From positions 2,914,001-2,978,000 of the forward strand of contig NC_092347.1 of assembly GCF_963676685.1 (NCBI RefSeq): 64,000 bases of DNA. The letters are read 5' to 3'. This document shows, in pieces, positions 50,467-64,000 of the stretch. The stretch comes from Mytilus edulis (lineage: Eukaryota). The notes under the pieces are model-generated. The model saw only the letters and a list, made by a program, of their open reading frames with translations, did no database searches and had not been told where the DNA came from. Position 1 is the stretch's first letter, and each line of letters begins with the position of its first letter. The translations under genes and the position numbers were made by a program.

Positions 50467-53400
50467 ATATATATATCAAAAGCAGGCTTAAATTTTGTTC
50501 TTTATTGAAAATAAGGTTATTAAAATAACTTAAGTTCGTGTTTATAGGAATTTCTTTGTTACAACGATAATAGCGCTATCTTTGCATTGTGTTAACTAAT
50601 TGGATTTGCCATTTAAATTTTGTTTTTTTTAATTTTAGGTGGGTTTTTTTTAAACAGTGTCCGATTTTGACAGCAGTTTGGTTGGGACCTTTCCGTTTTG
50701 ACTGGGCGGAGTTTAACCGGTTCGCTCATAATAAACCAGTCAATCTATAGATAGGTGTTTTAGAATATTAAACTCATCATTGAAGTGTCCAGTCATTCTT
50801 TGATGACATTGATAGGTGATTAGAAATCAGTTATAATTATAACGGTAATTATCCTTATCACACACATCTTCAAATAGACTGTCCTTATGCAAATTAAAAC
50901 GTAAGCTCCGCCCGATCAGTTGAAATAACATTGGTAATACGTTTGAATTATTTTACATGTTGTCATGCTGGGGCCTTTAATTGTTGTATATACGATACGG
51001 AGGTTGTCTATTGATGAAGGTTATACGGTTTCCTATAATTAATTTAATACCCGTCATTTAGAACGAGTTTGACAGTTGTCTCATTGGTAATTCTACCACA
51101 TCTCCTTTTATTCTGTAACGTCAATAGTTTGTTTTTAAACATAATGATATCATTCATAAGAAAGTGATATCAATGACTTAAGACAGACAAAACAAAATGC
51201 GGCCGGTTTAAACAAGATCTCACCCCCCCCTTTTTACCTCTAGCGAATGCAGAATAAACAAACCCATAGAAATACGCACAAAAACTCAGTTTGAAAGAAG
51301 TCCGAGTCCAGCGTATTCGGGAAAATATTAACAATCTTTATAGCAAAATATTTTTAAAAACATGGACACACGACCTAGTATTGATCAATCAGAAACAGCA
51401 ATACTACAGAAAACATTATAAAGTCGCCTCTCAAAACCTAGATGTTAAATGTGCTGTACTTAAAGATAAAACTTCTTACTTTTTCTTTAGTCATATACAT
51501 TTGTACTACAACCCTATCGGTTTAGATAATTTTTTTCTAGAGCTCGTCCAAATCCAAAGTTTACTGCCTTAAACTCATTGTATGTAATCAGCATGCATGT
51601 CATGCCATGTTTTACAAGCAGAATACAAAAACCCATTTTGTAGTAATCCGTTTTCGATTCATTGGTTATTCACAAGAAAAATATAGTAATCCTCGCTAAA
51701 TACAGTTGTTGTTTTACGCATGAAGTTGAAGTCATTAACGTAACAGAAGGCATTTAACATATAAGAAAATGGCATGGTAGTTTTTTCTGGCAGACAAGCT
51801 AGGAAATTTACGATTTAAAAAGAACTTGTTTTTCTTGATTTTCTTTATATATTCATATTGAAATGAATATATAAGAATAAGAACTAATCTTTATTCTCAT
51901 AAACCATAAGGTACAACGGTACAGAGATATGGAAGATGTGGTATGATTCCCAATAAAACAAATCTCCATTGGAAACAAAATGACGTAAAATGACCAACGA
52001 TGGATCACGGTTAGGCACACTACAAATGGCCTCGAAATGACAAACGTATAACAATACAAAGAGAAAGCAAACGGACATATTCATGTACAAAACAATATCA
52101 TATAAATATGATATACAACAACAAACTGCAACAACTGAATAACAGGCTCCTGATTCAGTACAGGCAAAAATACAGCATGTGGTGGGTTTAAATAGCAAGC
52201 TCTAATCATTTTATGGATTTTTACAAGGACATCTTTACTTTATAGGTCTCAAGAAAGTATGTTAGATAATATACTAAGTTAAAATTATCAATCAAATGAG
52301 TAATTTAATTCATTTGCTTTTCTTTACTGATAAAATTAATTTGAAGTAAAGTATTTTAAAGATATAAAATAATAGATTTACATGTCATCTACTTACAATG
52401 TTGATAATGTGCATAAAAATAAAACCTAATATTATCCACCAACATTCTTATGTGAGTGGTATATATCAATGTGAAGCATCTCCGTGATAGACAACATGTC
52501 AATGGCTGGTTTCATCTAGAGATATTTACATTTTTAATTCTATTTTATTACTTGATTCATATTCAATTGAAAATTTCAATGTAAAAAACGCTCCATGTAG
52601 ACACATTGATGTAGACATATTGATATATCAATCTTGATTCATCTTAAGTATTTGCATTTTGAAATTCTTTTTCTTTTAACTCATTTTCAATAACCATTGT
52701 AAAATTAATGTAAAAAAAGCTTCAAACAGACTTTAACCTTTCGCATGCATATAATATTCGTTGTTTCTGAAACCTTCTTGTATAGTATTGGAGGTTCTTT
52801 CATTTTCCTTGTTTTTTTAGTCCACTTAAAAAGGAAGGTTGTCTTGTGTATTATCTGAACCTTTTCTAATTTTATGAGTTTGGTGTTGACGTTAGATGCT
52901 CAGTGGACACTTTTAAATTTATTCACAATAACTTTTATGGCATATTTTTTTCGCAGTGTTTCATTATTGAATACCATATGAGGAGTCCTATTGGTTTTAT
53001 ATGTCGTTGGGTTGGTGTATTTTTGTCTTAATATAATAATGTTATCTAAGGTATGAATATCTACATATCAAAATGCATATGATAAAATTTCTTCAAAACA
53101 CCAATTAATCAAAGAACGTACTATGAAGTGTCTGTTAATTGAAACAAGTACCCAAAAATTGGAATAAAACACGAAAAGATTGCCAAATGTTAAGAAACGG
53201 ATCTCAAAAATAGACACTTTGACAGAAATAAAAAATTGTATTTTTAGATAGTCTTCGTGCATGCACCTACATGTTTGTTGGTAAACAAATAATTAAAAAC
53301 AACACGTATCGATCTTCGTTCGTTTGACTGGTCATTTACACGAAAAAATATAAACTAATCCTGTAAATACACTTGTTGGATTTATGCTTGAAACTTTGGT

Positions 53401-53980
53401 CACTAATGTAACAGAAGGTATAATTCTATGTAAAACGTGGAAATAGTTTCTGTGATTTATATACACTCAGATATTTAACCTTACTAAAACAATTGAGCCG
53501 GCAACGGCCTTATTACTTTGAAATTATGTCGTATACATTTATCACGAAATAAATGTAAGACCATGTTATGTTACGTTTCATTGGGTAATCCTTAGATCGG
53601 AAGTTTTGTCAGAATAGGATTTACTATATCTTGTATTATGACAAAACTTAAGCATCAAACATACTGACTTAGTTATACTTTAATATGATCTTTGGTGTAT
53701 TTTATATGTGAGTTTCATTTATTTTTTCATCATTATTCATTGTTGAAGATTTTTCAGTGTGAAAGCTTTCTTGATGTTGTGGGAGTAGGTGAGTTTTTAG
53801 TTATTGTTATCGTTTTGTTTTATTTTTCATTGTTGCAGACTTTTTGTTTGCACTTGTGAATTTGTTTGTACCTGTACTCGTCAGGAACATGATGTTCAGT
53901 TGTTGAAGTTTGTTGGTGTGGCTCATAAGTGTTTTTCGTTTCTCTCTTTTTTATGGATTAGACCGTTGGGTTTTCTGTTT

Positions 53981-54430
53981 ACATATAGATTCTACCACTG
54001 CATCGAGTGTAATACGATATTTATCCACTCGAGACAGTTAAATTTTCAAATTTAAAACGCGAGGCTCGCCGAGCGTTTTTTTTAAATATTTATATAAAAT
54101 TAAACTGTCGAGAGTGGATAAATATCGTATTACACGAGATTTGGTGGTAGAATCTGTTTCTCTAATGATTTTCAAACAATATATAGGCAAACGTATTCCT
54201 TCTTTGTGAATGATCTACAAAAAATATGTCTTCTTTCTATGTGACGTCATCAGGCATGGTCGCCTTTTTTTAATGCCGTCACAATAGAAAATTCAGAGGA
54301 AAGCAAGAAAATTTGACGTCATAATCGGATTTTAACCAATGAAGAACTGAGATCAAACGAACCACGCGTTGATTAAATTTTTTTATACAATGGGTGCAGA
54401 AAGAGATAAATTGACGAAGAATTAGAGAAA
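53981..54430. mobile_element. Long-palindrome element inserted in a TW-e copy
   Basis: Palindrome 53987-54155 with centre GCGAGGCTCGCCGAGCG. IR TTTCTCTAAT (54157) / ATTAGAGAAA (54421). The host repeat resumes at 54431. Confidence 0.8.
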
Positions 54431-54676
54431 GGATTTTACACTAGTGATTTGTAGGCCATTATTAGCTTCTTGTTCGGTGTTAGCAAAAGCTCCTTGTTGA
54501 AGGCCGTACTTTTACTGGTTTACTTTTACAATTTTGACTTGGATCGAGAGTTGTCTCATTGGCACTCATACCATATCTGTACATCTATTCTGTTCATGTA
54601 TCAGGTAGGGAACTGTTTGTGTTTCGTTTTTTAATCAGTAACAGCAGGAAATTAGGAGATTTATATAGTATTGACT

Positions 54677-54932
54677 TTACCCGTTGTTTACCCGTTGTTT
54701 ACCCGTTGTTTGCCCGTTGTTTACCCGTTGTTTACCCGTTGTTTGCCCGTTGTTTGACCGTTGTTTGTCCGTTGTTTACCCGTTGTTTGCCCGTTGTTTA
54801 CCCGTTGTTTGCCCGTTGTTTACCCGTTGTTTATCCGTTGTTTTCCCGTTGTTTGCCCGTTGTTTACTCGTTGTTTACCCGTTGTTTGCCCGTTGTTTAC
54901 CCGTTGTTTACCCGTTGTTTGCCCGTTGTTTA
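54677..54932. repeat. 11-bp minisatellite (TTRCCCGTTGT) x~23
   Basis: Direct inspection; it explains three overlapping low-complexity ORFs. Confidence 0.95.
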
Positions 54933-56529
54933 TGTCTTACGTGTACTTGTATTATGATAGCATCTGATGGTATATGAAAAACAATAACGGGTAGATGTTC
55001 AAATAAATACAAAATTTTCATTTCAGGATATTTTTAAAATCATGAGCAAATGTCCAGGAAATAATATTAATATAATTAAAAGTTACTAGCTAGACATGCA
55101 TAATGCGTTAAAAGACACAATCCTTTCAGTTTGATGAGGTTTGCTGTAAAATCAAGACGGACACGTTCATGAACTTATCGTTGTAGCTTTATATAAACCA
55201 AAGTTATTTAAGGAATATATGCATACACATTATGTAAGTACATGAATGTGTCGGTCCCAAGTCAGAAGCCTGTAATTCAGTAGTTGTATGTGTCGTTTGT
55301 TACTGTGTTACATATTTGTTTTTTCGTTTATTTTTTTAAATTGTACATTAATAAGGCCGTTGGTTTTCTCGTATGAATTGTTTTACATTTGGGGTTTCGG
55401 GGTCTTTTAAATAGCTGACTATACGGTAAGAAACATATTTTCTTTTTCTGGTGACAGTCTGAATTTCTTTGGATTGCTGCAAGCAATTCTATTAATGTAT
55501 CCTATCAGTTCTAGTGATTTTCTAGAATGAAATATTTTCATTCTTAGACAGGTTAAGTAAGTCTGACATGAGCTAAATAAGGATGTTGGAATATGTGGAT
55601 GTTGGGTTCCATTTTTATTTTCATTCTCCAGTCGACACAGTGTGCTAAGCCAATCTGTTTAATTTATTGTTTGTTTGTATTGTCCTGAATATGCACGAAA
55701 AACTTGTCTCTTTACGTTAGGCAAACAATAACGTTCAATCTAGAAATCCTTTAAATTACGTAAAGTTTTTTTAATTCAAAATTGATGCACTTCCTTGAAA
55801 CACATCTCTAACAGTTATGGCTTCTCAATAAGGTGATTCGTTTGACATAGACAGATAAATACATAAGGTAGCTACAAAAATAAGCAAACTTCAAAAATTA
55901 TATTGTTTGAATGAATATCAAAAAAGATCTATGAGGTAAACGTCTGAAAAGTTTCAAAAAACTCAAATTTACAAAAAAATAGATAAAGAATGTTCAGAGG
56001 TTACATATACCAAAATACTTCCGGTGCATGCCAAGACATCATTTCGTTAGCTCTAAATCGACCCGTGTCTAAACAAAGTTTTGTATATAATCAAACTATT
56101 AGACATCAACACCTTATTCTCAATAGATCAAGCATATCTTGAAGAGACAATCTCTAGAGGGATTCCCGACTTATTATTATTTTACACTTTTTGTAGTTAA
56201 ACTATCATGTATATATAATTCAATTATATTGATATTTCAAAATAACACTTGAAAATAAAATTTCAAAAAATATATATTATATAACACCTTATCAAATTAA
56301 AAACATAATCAGTTACGTTAAGCAACCTCAAGTGTTTTATTTATGAAATAACCTCTTGTTTACTCTAATACATTTCAATAACTTTCAAGTAGCAACGTTT
56401 TACACAGTGTAAAGAAAGCATTGTCAATTTATATAGAAGTTAGACACTCTTGATAATACATTGTCAATAGTAAAGACGTCTGACTTTCAAATAGAAAATA
56501 GAAAGAAAAGAGAAAATATGATTTCTGTA

Positions 56530-57407
56530 TGTAATTATCCATTTGCTCTGAAAGTTCAACCATGCTTCTCGTTTTTTATTAGGTTATACCGTTGGTTTTT
56601 CTCGTTTACTGAATGGTTTTTCACAAGTAATTATTGGGCCCTTTATATATACAGTAGCTTGCTGTTCGGTGTGAGCCAAGGCTCCGTTTTGAAGGCCGTA
56701 TCTTGACCTATAATGGTTTACTTTTATAAATTGTTACTTGGATTGGGAGTTGTCTCATTGGCACTCAAACATCATCATCCTATATTTATTGACACAGCTG
56801 TGTCATCTCTGATTTCGTTTACTAAACTATCGTGATTTGAGCTTTATGGACCAGCAATAGGTTGTAATTTAGGTTGGATTGGTCGGTCCGACATCTCTGC
56901 TTGATCATGATTCGTTACTATCAGAGCTCCCTCTGCCTCTACATCAACTTCTACCACCACGCTAACGTGTTCTAGTTGAATTTGGTGGCATGACTGTAGT
57001 GTTTCCGAGAAATCGACGTATTAATCAGAAAAGAAGGAATGGAACTGTATTGATATGGAACACGATGTTGACGTTTTTGCTGAGAACGTAGTAAGATCGC
57101 AGCATGAACGTGTTATTATCGCAGTAGAAGCGTGGTAAGATCGTGTTGCAATCGGATAACTCGTAGTATGGTCGTAGTGAGAACGTGATGAGCGTAGAAA
57201 GATCTTGATAAGCGTAGTGAGGTCGCAGAATAAGCGCGGTGAGAACGTGGTATAATCGTAGCGGGATCGTTGTAGAAGCGCAATGATGACGTAGTAGCAT
57301 CGTGAAAGCAACGAAAATTTACATTTTCATGCCGCTCTCACCACGATCTGAAATTATTTTAGATTGCGGTGAGCGTGGTGCGATCGTGGTCTAGTGGGAC
57401 TGGGGCT
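56530..57407. mobile_element. PIF/Harbinger-like non-autonomous element, right half
   Basis: Ends ..ATCGTGGTCTAGTGGGACTGGGGCT followed by TTA; ATCGT/CGTAG subterminal repeats; collinear with 63115-64000. Confidence 0.7.
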
Positions 57408-57470
57408 TTAAATAGAGAATTTGAAAAATATTGAATTCTCCCATAGCATCTGTAGAACATCAGGTAGAGA

Positions 57471-57499
<29 letters not shown>

Positions 57500-57506
<7 letters not shown>

Positions 57507-57743
57507 AAAATTATTAAAAGATAAAAACGGTTTCAATGCATCACTTTTTTACTAGTACTTTCACTGCTTCCGCAGATCTTCAGGTAATGTGACTTGTATA
57601 TAAATAAAACAATTGATTGACGTCAATCTATTGTTTTATTTATATACAAGTCACATTACCTGAAGATCTGCGGAAGCAGTGAAAGTACTAGTAAAAAAGT
57701 GATGCATTGAAACCGTTTTTATCTTTTAATAATTTTCTTATAT
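57500..57743. repeat. 244-bp near-perfect loopless palindrome between two (TA)n tracts (57475-57503, 57778-57802)
   Basis: Axis at 57621/57622 (TGAC|GTCA); one T.T mismatch seen at 57614/57629. Confidence 0.95.
57651..57702 (+). ncRNA. Minimal type I hammerhead (mirror copy 57541-57592, - strand)
   Basis: UCAC-A-UUAC-CUGAAGA-U-CUGC(GGAA)GCAG-U-GAAA-GUAC-UA^GUAA-AAAA-GUGA. Confidence 0.78.
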
Positions 57744-60400
57744 GTTACCAGCATACGGACTTTACTTAACTTTTTCTTATATATATATATATATATATAT
57801 ATAAAGGTATAATTAAGGATGTTATCCAAGTTATTGTCCTTGTTGCGTAACAGTAGTAGGAATCGTATCATGTCTAGCCATTTTACTGGATAAGAGTAGT
57901 GAAATACTATTGCAATAAGGAATTAATCGTATTTATCTAAATTAAAACGGATGAATTTACCATAAAAGTACAGATAAACTTGTGTGATTGAAGGATTCAA
58001 TTAATGAGAGGATTCATAATTATGAACTTTTTCTTTTTATGTCGCAAGAAAACGACAAAGTCTTCTTATTTCTTTGACTATTGTAAAAAATAAAATATGT
58101 CATTTTATTTCTTTATCTATTAAAAAGACAATTTCAGAAAGAAAAAAAAATAAAGGGTTTTCGTGCAATTTATGCTCCAAACTATTTTATCTTTGTTGTT
58201 AGGGAAAAGTGTATAAAAAAACTATGTTTTCATCGAGATATTTGTTTATTTTAATTTAATATTTTTTTGGGTGAGGGAAGGGAAGGGGGCTCGAACGATT
58301 TAGCTACTGTCTTTCGATTTGATCGAGTCTTAATGTACTTTTCATTATGTTGTTAATTACTACAAGAAGTTCTTTTTTTTTCTCACATCCAGATATATTT
58401 GATGGTGTTATTTCACTAAATGTTCACTCAGTAATGGGATCGCTGACAACTTGAAATTAAGGGACCAGCTTTATATCTAGACCTTTAAGGGTGGACATTG
58501 ACCTACAATGTATATCTATGACAAACGCAATACTTAAACTGTCAACTTCCAAATAACTGTATTGCATAGTCACATGCATTCTGAAATAAACTATACCGTT
58601 TAGTTAACCCATGTGAAACGATCGTAGTTTGTTCTAATATTGGTTATTTCAAACAAAATCGCAACCCCAAAGTGGAAAGGGATTAATATAGGTTGCAATA
58701 ACTTATTTCCTAATCCACTATAAACAAATATGTTTCACCTAAACAAAATAGTGTATTCATATATTTAAAAATTAGATATGAATTTCTAATTGAATAATAG
58801 TTTACGAAATGATAGCACGAAATGCCTCCCCTTTCGAAACACCTAGCTGTATTCGCTTGATTAAATGCCTTTTTGATTGTTTAAATTCCATGTTTGTCTG
58901 CGTGTATACTTGGACTCAAATCAGGATACAGACATTTCTATTCAGAAACGACAGAATAATACTTTTTAAAGTACTTCTAAAAAACATAAATGAGTTGAAC
59001 AGCATCTTAATGAAATCAACCGTACGTATGTGATGTTATTTTCATCTTAAATCTATAATTGTGTTTAAACAGCGAAAAAAATATGAAAATGTCCATAATT
59101 TATATATAATAACTTTACGGACATAATTTTCACATTACATTAGGCCGACAAAAGATTAATGCAAAGAGAGGTATTACCGTTCACAAGGGATGACCGTATT
59201 TTTATGTGACTGCTCTTTAACTGTATTACCTTTTTGCACCAGGCCATATCACTCTTTCCATATTTAAATCGGTTAAAAGACAACATCAAAAATGTATTCT
59301 AACTTTCTTCTTTAATTTCCAACCAATAAAAACTTAGAAATGAATGAAAAGGGAAAAGAAAGAAAATAAGGAAAACACAATTTAGTTACATGTATAATAA
59401 CTACGTTAAATTTGTATACATACATTTACATGCTGTACAGTAGAAACTCAGACAGCGTAAAACTTCTATTTATAAACTTTTTTACACTAACGCCGCCGTA
59501 ACCAAATAGAAAAATGTAAATCTAACAAAAGAAGATGTGGTATTATTGCCAATGAGACAACTCTCTACAACTGACCAAAATGACACAGAAATTAACAACT
59601 ATAGGTCATCGTACGGCCTTCGACAATGAGCGAAGCCCATACCGCAAACTCTATATATTTCAACAGCGAATCATGTTTTAATTTAGTATATCTGGCCCCG
59701 GCACCATAAAACTTTTTTTTCTGAGTAAAAAAATATTCTCAAAATTAATTATTTTACTCAGCTAAGAATGAGAACTTTTTTATCCGCCATAAAAAATATT
59801 CTCAACGTTGAGAATATTCTCAGCTGAGAATTTTTTTTCTTTGCCGAGAAAATTTTTCTCAGTGATTTAAGCGGTAAAATAGATGTTTGAAAACTAAAAA
59901 GTACACCAAACTTAGTTGAAGGCCGTACGGTGACCTATAGTTGTTAATGTCTGTGTCATTTTGGTCTTTTGTGGATAGTTGTCTCATTGGCAATCATACC
60001 ACATCTTCCTTTTTATATTCGCTAAAACTCAGTTTTATCTCTTTAGCAATAATGTAAAACATAAAAATAATCTATGATAGATAAAATGACAAGTAGCATT
60101 TTGTAAGCATCGGTAAATGGAAAGTTTGTAAGCATCTGTTAATGAACAAAAAGTCACAGGATACTGTAAAAATTCAGATATAATTTACTTTTTATATTAA
60201 TCTATGGCGTATGGCATGCCAAATAAACATTTATTATAAGGATCAATAACATTCATTATGTATTCAGACGTCACAAGAAGACACCATGTGACAATTTTTA
60301 GTCAATTATTTATTAAAGTGAAACAGATCTTCCAACAAACTGATATTGGTGTCTCGGGATGATACGACATATGATACGGATTTTGCCATGTATTATTCTC

Positions 60401-60470
60401 TATATATTGACCTCGGAAAGAAGTATATTGACGAAGTTCGAGGTCAATATACTTTTTCAGGTCGATATAT
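60401..60470. repeat. Eroded palindrome of the same long-palindrome element class
   Basis: TATATTGACCT..AAGTATATTGAC-GAAGTTCGAG-GTCAATATACTT..AGGTCGATATA. Confidence 0.55.
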
Positions 60471-62177
60471 CCTATATTGCATTGACCCCATACAAAGGCT
60501 ATATTTTTTATATTAATAATTTCAGACCATATCTATATCAATATCGTCAATGTTGGAATTTTATAGATATCATATTGTCTCCTTGTGCTTTTTGATGTGC
60601 AATATGCTTTTTGCTATCCACCGTTTTCTCCCTACCTTCGAAAATATAGTTTAAAATGCGACTATCCATAAACTAATCAAATATGTTAAAATACAAAATG
60701 TATACGAATTAATGAAATATGTTTCTATACCCTGTTAATGTATACACACTAAATAAATAAATATTGACAGTATGCTAAGACGGGAAAGGGGGGGGGGGGG
60801 GTGTCAGTGACAAAAAACTACTGAGATCCTTAATTGTTTGGAACAAAGATATAGAGTTGTCGAAGTATAGTGAATCGATCAAAGTTCGAAATAGCTAAAA
60901 TCCACATTAATTTATAGAGTAATATTTGTATGGTGATCGGTATTCATCGTTAAATGATGACTATCAGCATTGAATAAGCTTCCGACAAACAGAAGCTGTG
61001 GACTTTACAATGCTTTTTTGGTGTCTGAAATTTAGTCATGATTTCAGTCGTATTTCATTTTTGTCTTGCCTACACAAAGAGGAAAATAGTGAGACAAAAG
61101 TATAGTGTTTCCAGGGGCATCAGCTTAAAAAAGTTTATGCTTATATAAATGTTAAAAGATGTGATATAAGTGTAAATGAGACCACTCTCCATCCAACACC
61201 CACATGGGGAAAAGTAAAGCATTATAGGTCAACGCATGGGCTTCAACAATGAGTTTTGGCTCACATCGAACAACAAGCTACAAAGGGCCCCAAAAATGAT
61301 TAGTTTTAGACCATTCAAAAATGAAAATCAACGGTCTAATCTTTATAAAAACGGGAAACAATTATGAACCACATTAACAAACAATTGTCATTGAACATTA
61401 GCTTCCTGACTATATACAAAGATGAAGAGAACAAATGACATAGAAATTAACAACTACAATAGGTCAATGTACTTCAATAAGCAGAGTCCATACCGCATAG
61501 TCGGCTATGAAAGGCATTTCATTGTGAAAGTTATGATGTAGTCCTAGCAGTTAAATAGGAGCCACATACGGTATGTTAGTAATATGTTATAATACAAGTG
61601 TACATCTCATTTCTAGGGAGATTTTTGTAACTCAAACCCCTCAATTATTGGATAGATTTTTGACATGGCTTATTAAAGTTTAAGATTATGTTAGTGAAAT
61701 AATTTTTCAAACAAAGCTAAGACAATTATGTACTATTTTAAAAGTCATTTTTGTGATTATATGAGTCGATTTCTGTCTCTATATGAATGGAGTGTTTATG
61801 CTGTTTAGTATCTCATTCATTGAAATGTTTAACTATATGATCAAGCCGACTACAAATGATTGCTATTGTTTTATTAGATTTTCATTTTTTTATTTAATTA
61901 TATACAGGAAATTTTCTCGAACGTTGCTTATTTGAAGATCAAATTAATGCATGTATCTTGAGATGAATTGCATTGGAACGTGAAAATTCAAGATTTTCAA
62001 TTAAATTTCGTGTAATAGTTGACAACGAATAATCTATAAAAGAAAAGAAAAGAATTGCATAAAACAGTGCATTGTTATAAAATTCTATTTCCACAATCGT
62101 CTGACATCGGACTCTGACTTCTCTTGAACTGAATTTTAATGTGCGTATTGTTATATATGCGTTTACTTTTCTACATT

Positions 62178-62268
62178 GGCTTGAGGTATAGGGGGAGGGT
62201 TGAGGTATCATAAACATGTTTAACCCCGCCGCAATTTTGCACCTGTCCTAAGTCAGGAGCCTCTGGCC
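62178..62268 (+). ncRNA. Second near-intact TW-a twister; predicted cleavage U62221^A62222
   Basis: Same layout as the 24767 copy, with loop UCCUAAGU (G.U in T1), a C.A mismatch at the base of P3 and one U.U in P5. Confidence 0.75.
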
Positions 62269-62564
62269 TTTGTTAGTCTTGTATGATTTTTAATTTTAGT
62301 TTCTTGTGTATAATTCGGAGTTTAGTATGACGTCCATTATCACTGTACTAGTATACATATTTTTTAAGGGGCCAGCTGAAGGACACCTACGGGTGCGGGA
62401 ATTTCTCGCTACATTGAAGACCCATTGGTGGCCTTCGGCTGTTGTTTGCTCTATGGTGGGGTTGTTGTCGCTTTGACACATTCCCCATTACACAGTTTCT
62501 GTCGAATTTTTTTCCCGTGATTTTTTTTAAATTTTTGAATTAGACGGTTAGTTTTTCTCGTTTA

Positions 62565-64000
62565 TACCCTAGTCCCACTAGGCCACGATCGCACTACGAT
62601 CTGTGAAAAAAATGCAAATTTTGATGATCGTAGTGCGATCGTGTAGATCGCAGTAAGATCGTATCACGGTCGTGGTGAGGTCTTCAAGATCGTGAAGAGC
62701 GTGGCCAACTTTGAACATGTTCAAAACAATCGTGGTGCGGTCGTGGCGAAATCAGGTCGTAGTAGAAGCGTAGTGAGAGCGCACTTAGATCGTAGTAAGA
62801 TCGCAAAAGTCGCTGTACAATCGTAGCGAGAGCGTAGCGAAAGCGTGATTCTATTCGGAGAGACTGCGCTACGATCGCACAACGACGTTATCACGACCTC
62901 ACTACGACCATCACGTTCTCACTGCGACCCAACTACGCTTCCACTACGACTATACCACGCTGTTCACGACCATTGTACGATTCTAGCACGCCCTTATCGT
63001 CCCCATCACGCTCTTCTTACGACCTGACTACGTTCAGACTACGACCATCATTCTCATTGTTATTTTCACATAAAATATATAAAAAGCTCCCTAGATTTTG
63101 TTTGTTTTAATGAAACTATCCATTTGCTCTAACGGCTCAACCATGCTTCTCGTTTTTATATAGATTAGACCGTTGGTTTTCCCGTTTAAATGGTTTAACA
63201 CTAGTAATATTTTGGGTCTTTTTTAACATGCTGATTGATGTGAGCCAAGGCTCCGTGTTGAAGTCCGTACCTTGGCCTATAATGGTTTACTTTTATAAAT
63301 TGTTACTTGGATGGAGAGTTGTCTCATTGGCACTCATACCATATCTTCCTACATATATTGATACATCTATGTCATCTCTGCTATCGTTCACTAAAATATC
63401 GTCATTGAGCTTTATAGACTGCAATCTAATTAAAAACCGATCTCTCATCGCTCCCGTTTTCTGATATGTCGCGTGGGAGATCTAACGAAACCCGCTTTGA
63501 GGTCACATGTGAGTGAACTGGAAGTTATGAATTTATAATGATATGCAAATGAGTTGACGACCTATTAATAAGCCAATCAAAAAAGTTTATGAATTATTTT
63601 GACTGACGATTTCGTCGTAAATAAAATGAGTTACATCCCTTTGCCTTACGATAAACTTTCAAGATCGTGGAAGACTCAATTTCATTGGTCGAAAAAGACA
63701 CACCTACAAGGTCACTCACATGTGACCTCAAAGCGGGTTTCGTTAGATCTCCCACGCGACATATCAGAAACAGGAGCGATGAGAGATCGGTTTTTAATTA
63801 GATTGTATAGACTGGAGCAATAGGTTGTAATTTAGGTTGGATTGGTCGGTCCAATATCTCTGCTTGATCAGGATTCGTTACTTTGCTCCCTCTGCCTCTA
63901 CACCAACTCCTACCTCCATGCCCACGTGTTCTGGTAGATTTTGTTGGCATGACTGTATTGTTTCCGATAAATAGAAGGAATTGAACTGTATTGATATGGA
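62565..64000. mobile_element. PIF/Harbinger-like non-autonomous element, left end, runs off the window
   Basis: TTA followed by TACCCTAGTCCCACTAGGCCACGATCGCA, the inverse of the 57407 terminus. Minus-strand remnant MPTKSTRTRGHGGRSWCRGRGS.. from 63950. Confidence 0.7.
63422..63805. mobile_element. MITE with ~95-bp TIRs and 9-bp TSD (Mutator-like by TSD length)
   Basis: Termini CAATCTAATT / AATTAGATTG; TATAGACTG at 63413-21 and 63806-14; empty paralogous site at ~56846-56855. Confidence 0.88.

Noticed and set aside
54559-54977. Three Cys/Pro-rich ORFs
   Set aside because: They are frame-shifted readings of an 11-bp minisatellite.
57021-57311. 91-96-aa ORFs (and 62845-63027)
   Set aside because: They fall in subterminal repeats of the Harbinger-like element.

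Overview
AT-rich, repeat-dense eukaryotic DNA. The repeat content looks like a bivalve mollusc, most like the mussel Mytilus (inference from remembered repeat families). No host gene can be called with confidence. The only clear protein-coding sequences are retroelement remnants: a Tx1/L1-clade LINE (3056-7650, -), a CR1-clade LINE (13816-17695, -) and a 5'-truncated Penelope-like RT with no C-terminal endonuclease (25551-26670, +). The rest is non-autonomous DNA transposons (Kolobok-like, Harbinger-like, a 9-bp-TSD MITE, a Helitron, long-palindrome elements) and small tandem repeats. The main signal is at the RNA level. (i) Two tandem arrays (351 and 355 bp units) carry minimal type I hammerhead ribozymes, i.e. 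non-LTR retrozymes. (ii) A 244-bp palindrome inside (TA)n carries a third hammerhead type in each arm. (iii) Most notably, five different high-copy interspersed repeat families share a circularly permuted (type P5) twister ribozyme core. It shows compensatory changes in both pseudoknots, has P1 replaced by two self-complementary segments, and several copies begin almost exactly at the predicted cleavage site. All structures were folded by eye and none has been tested.
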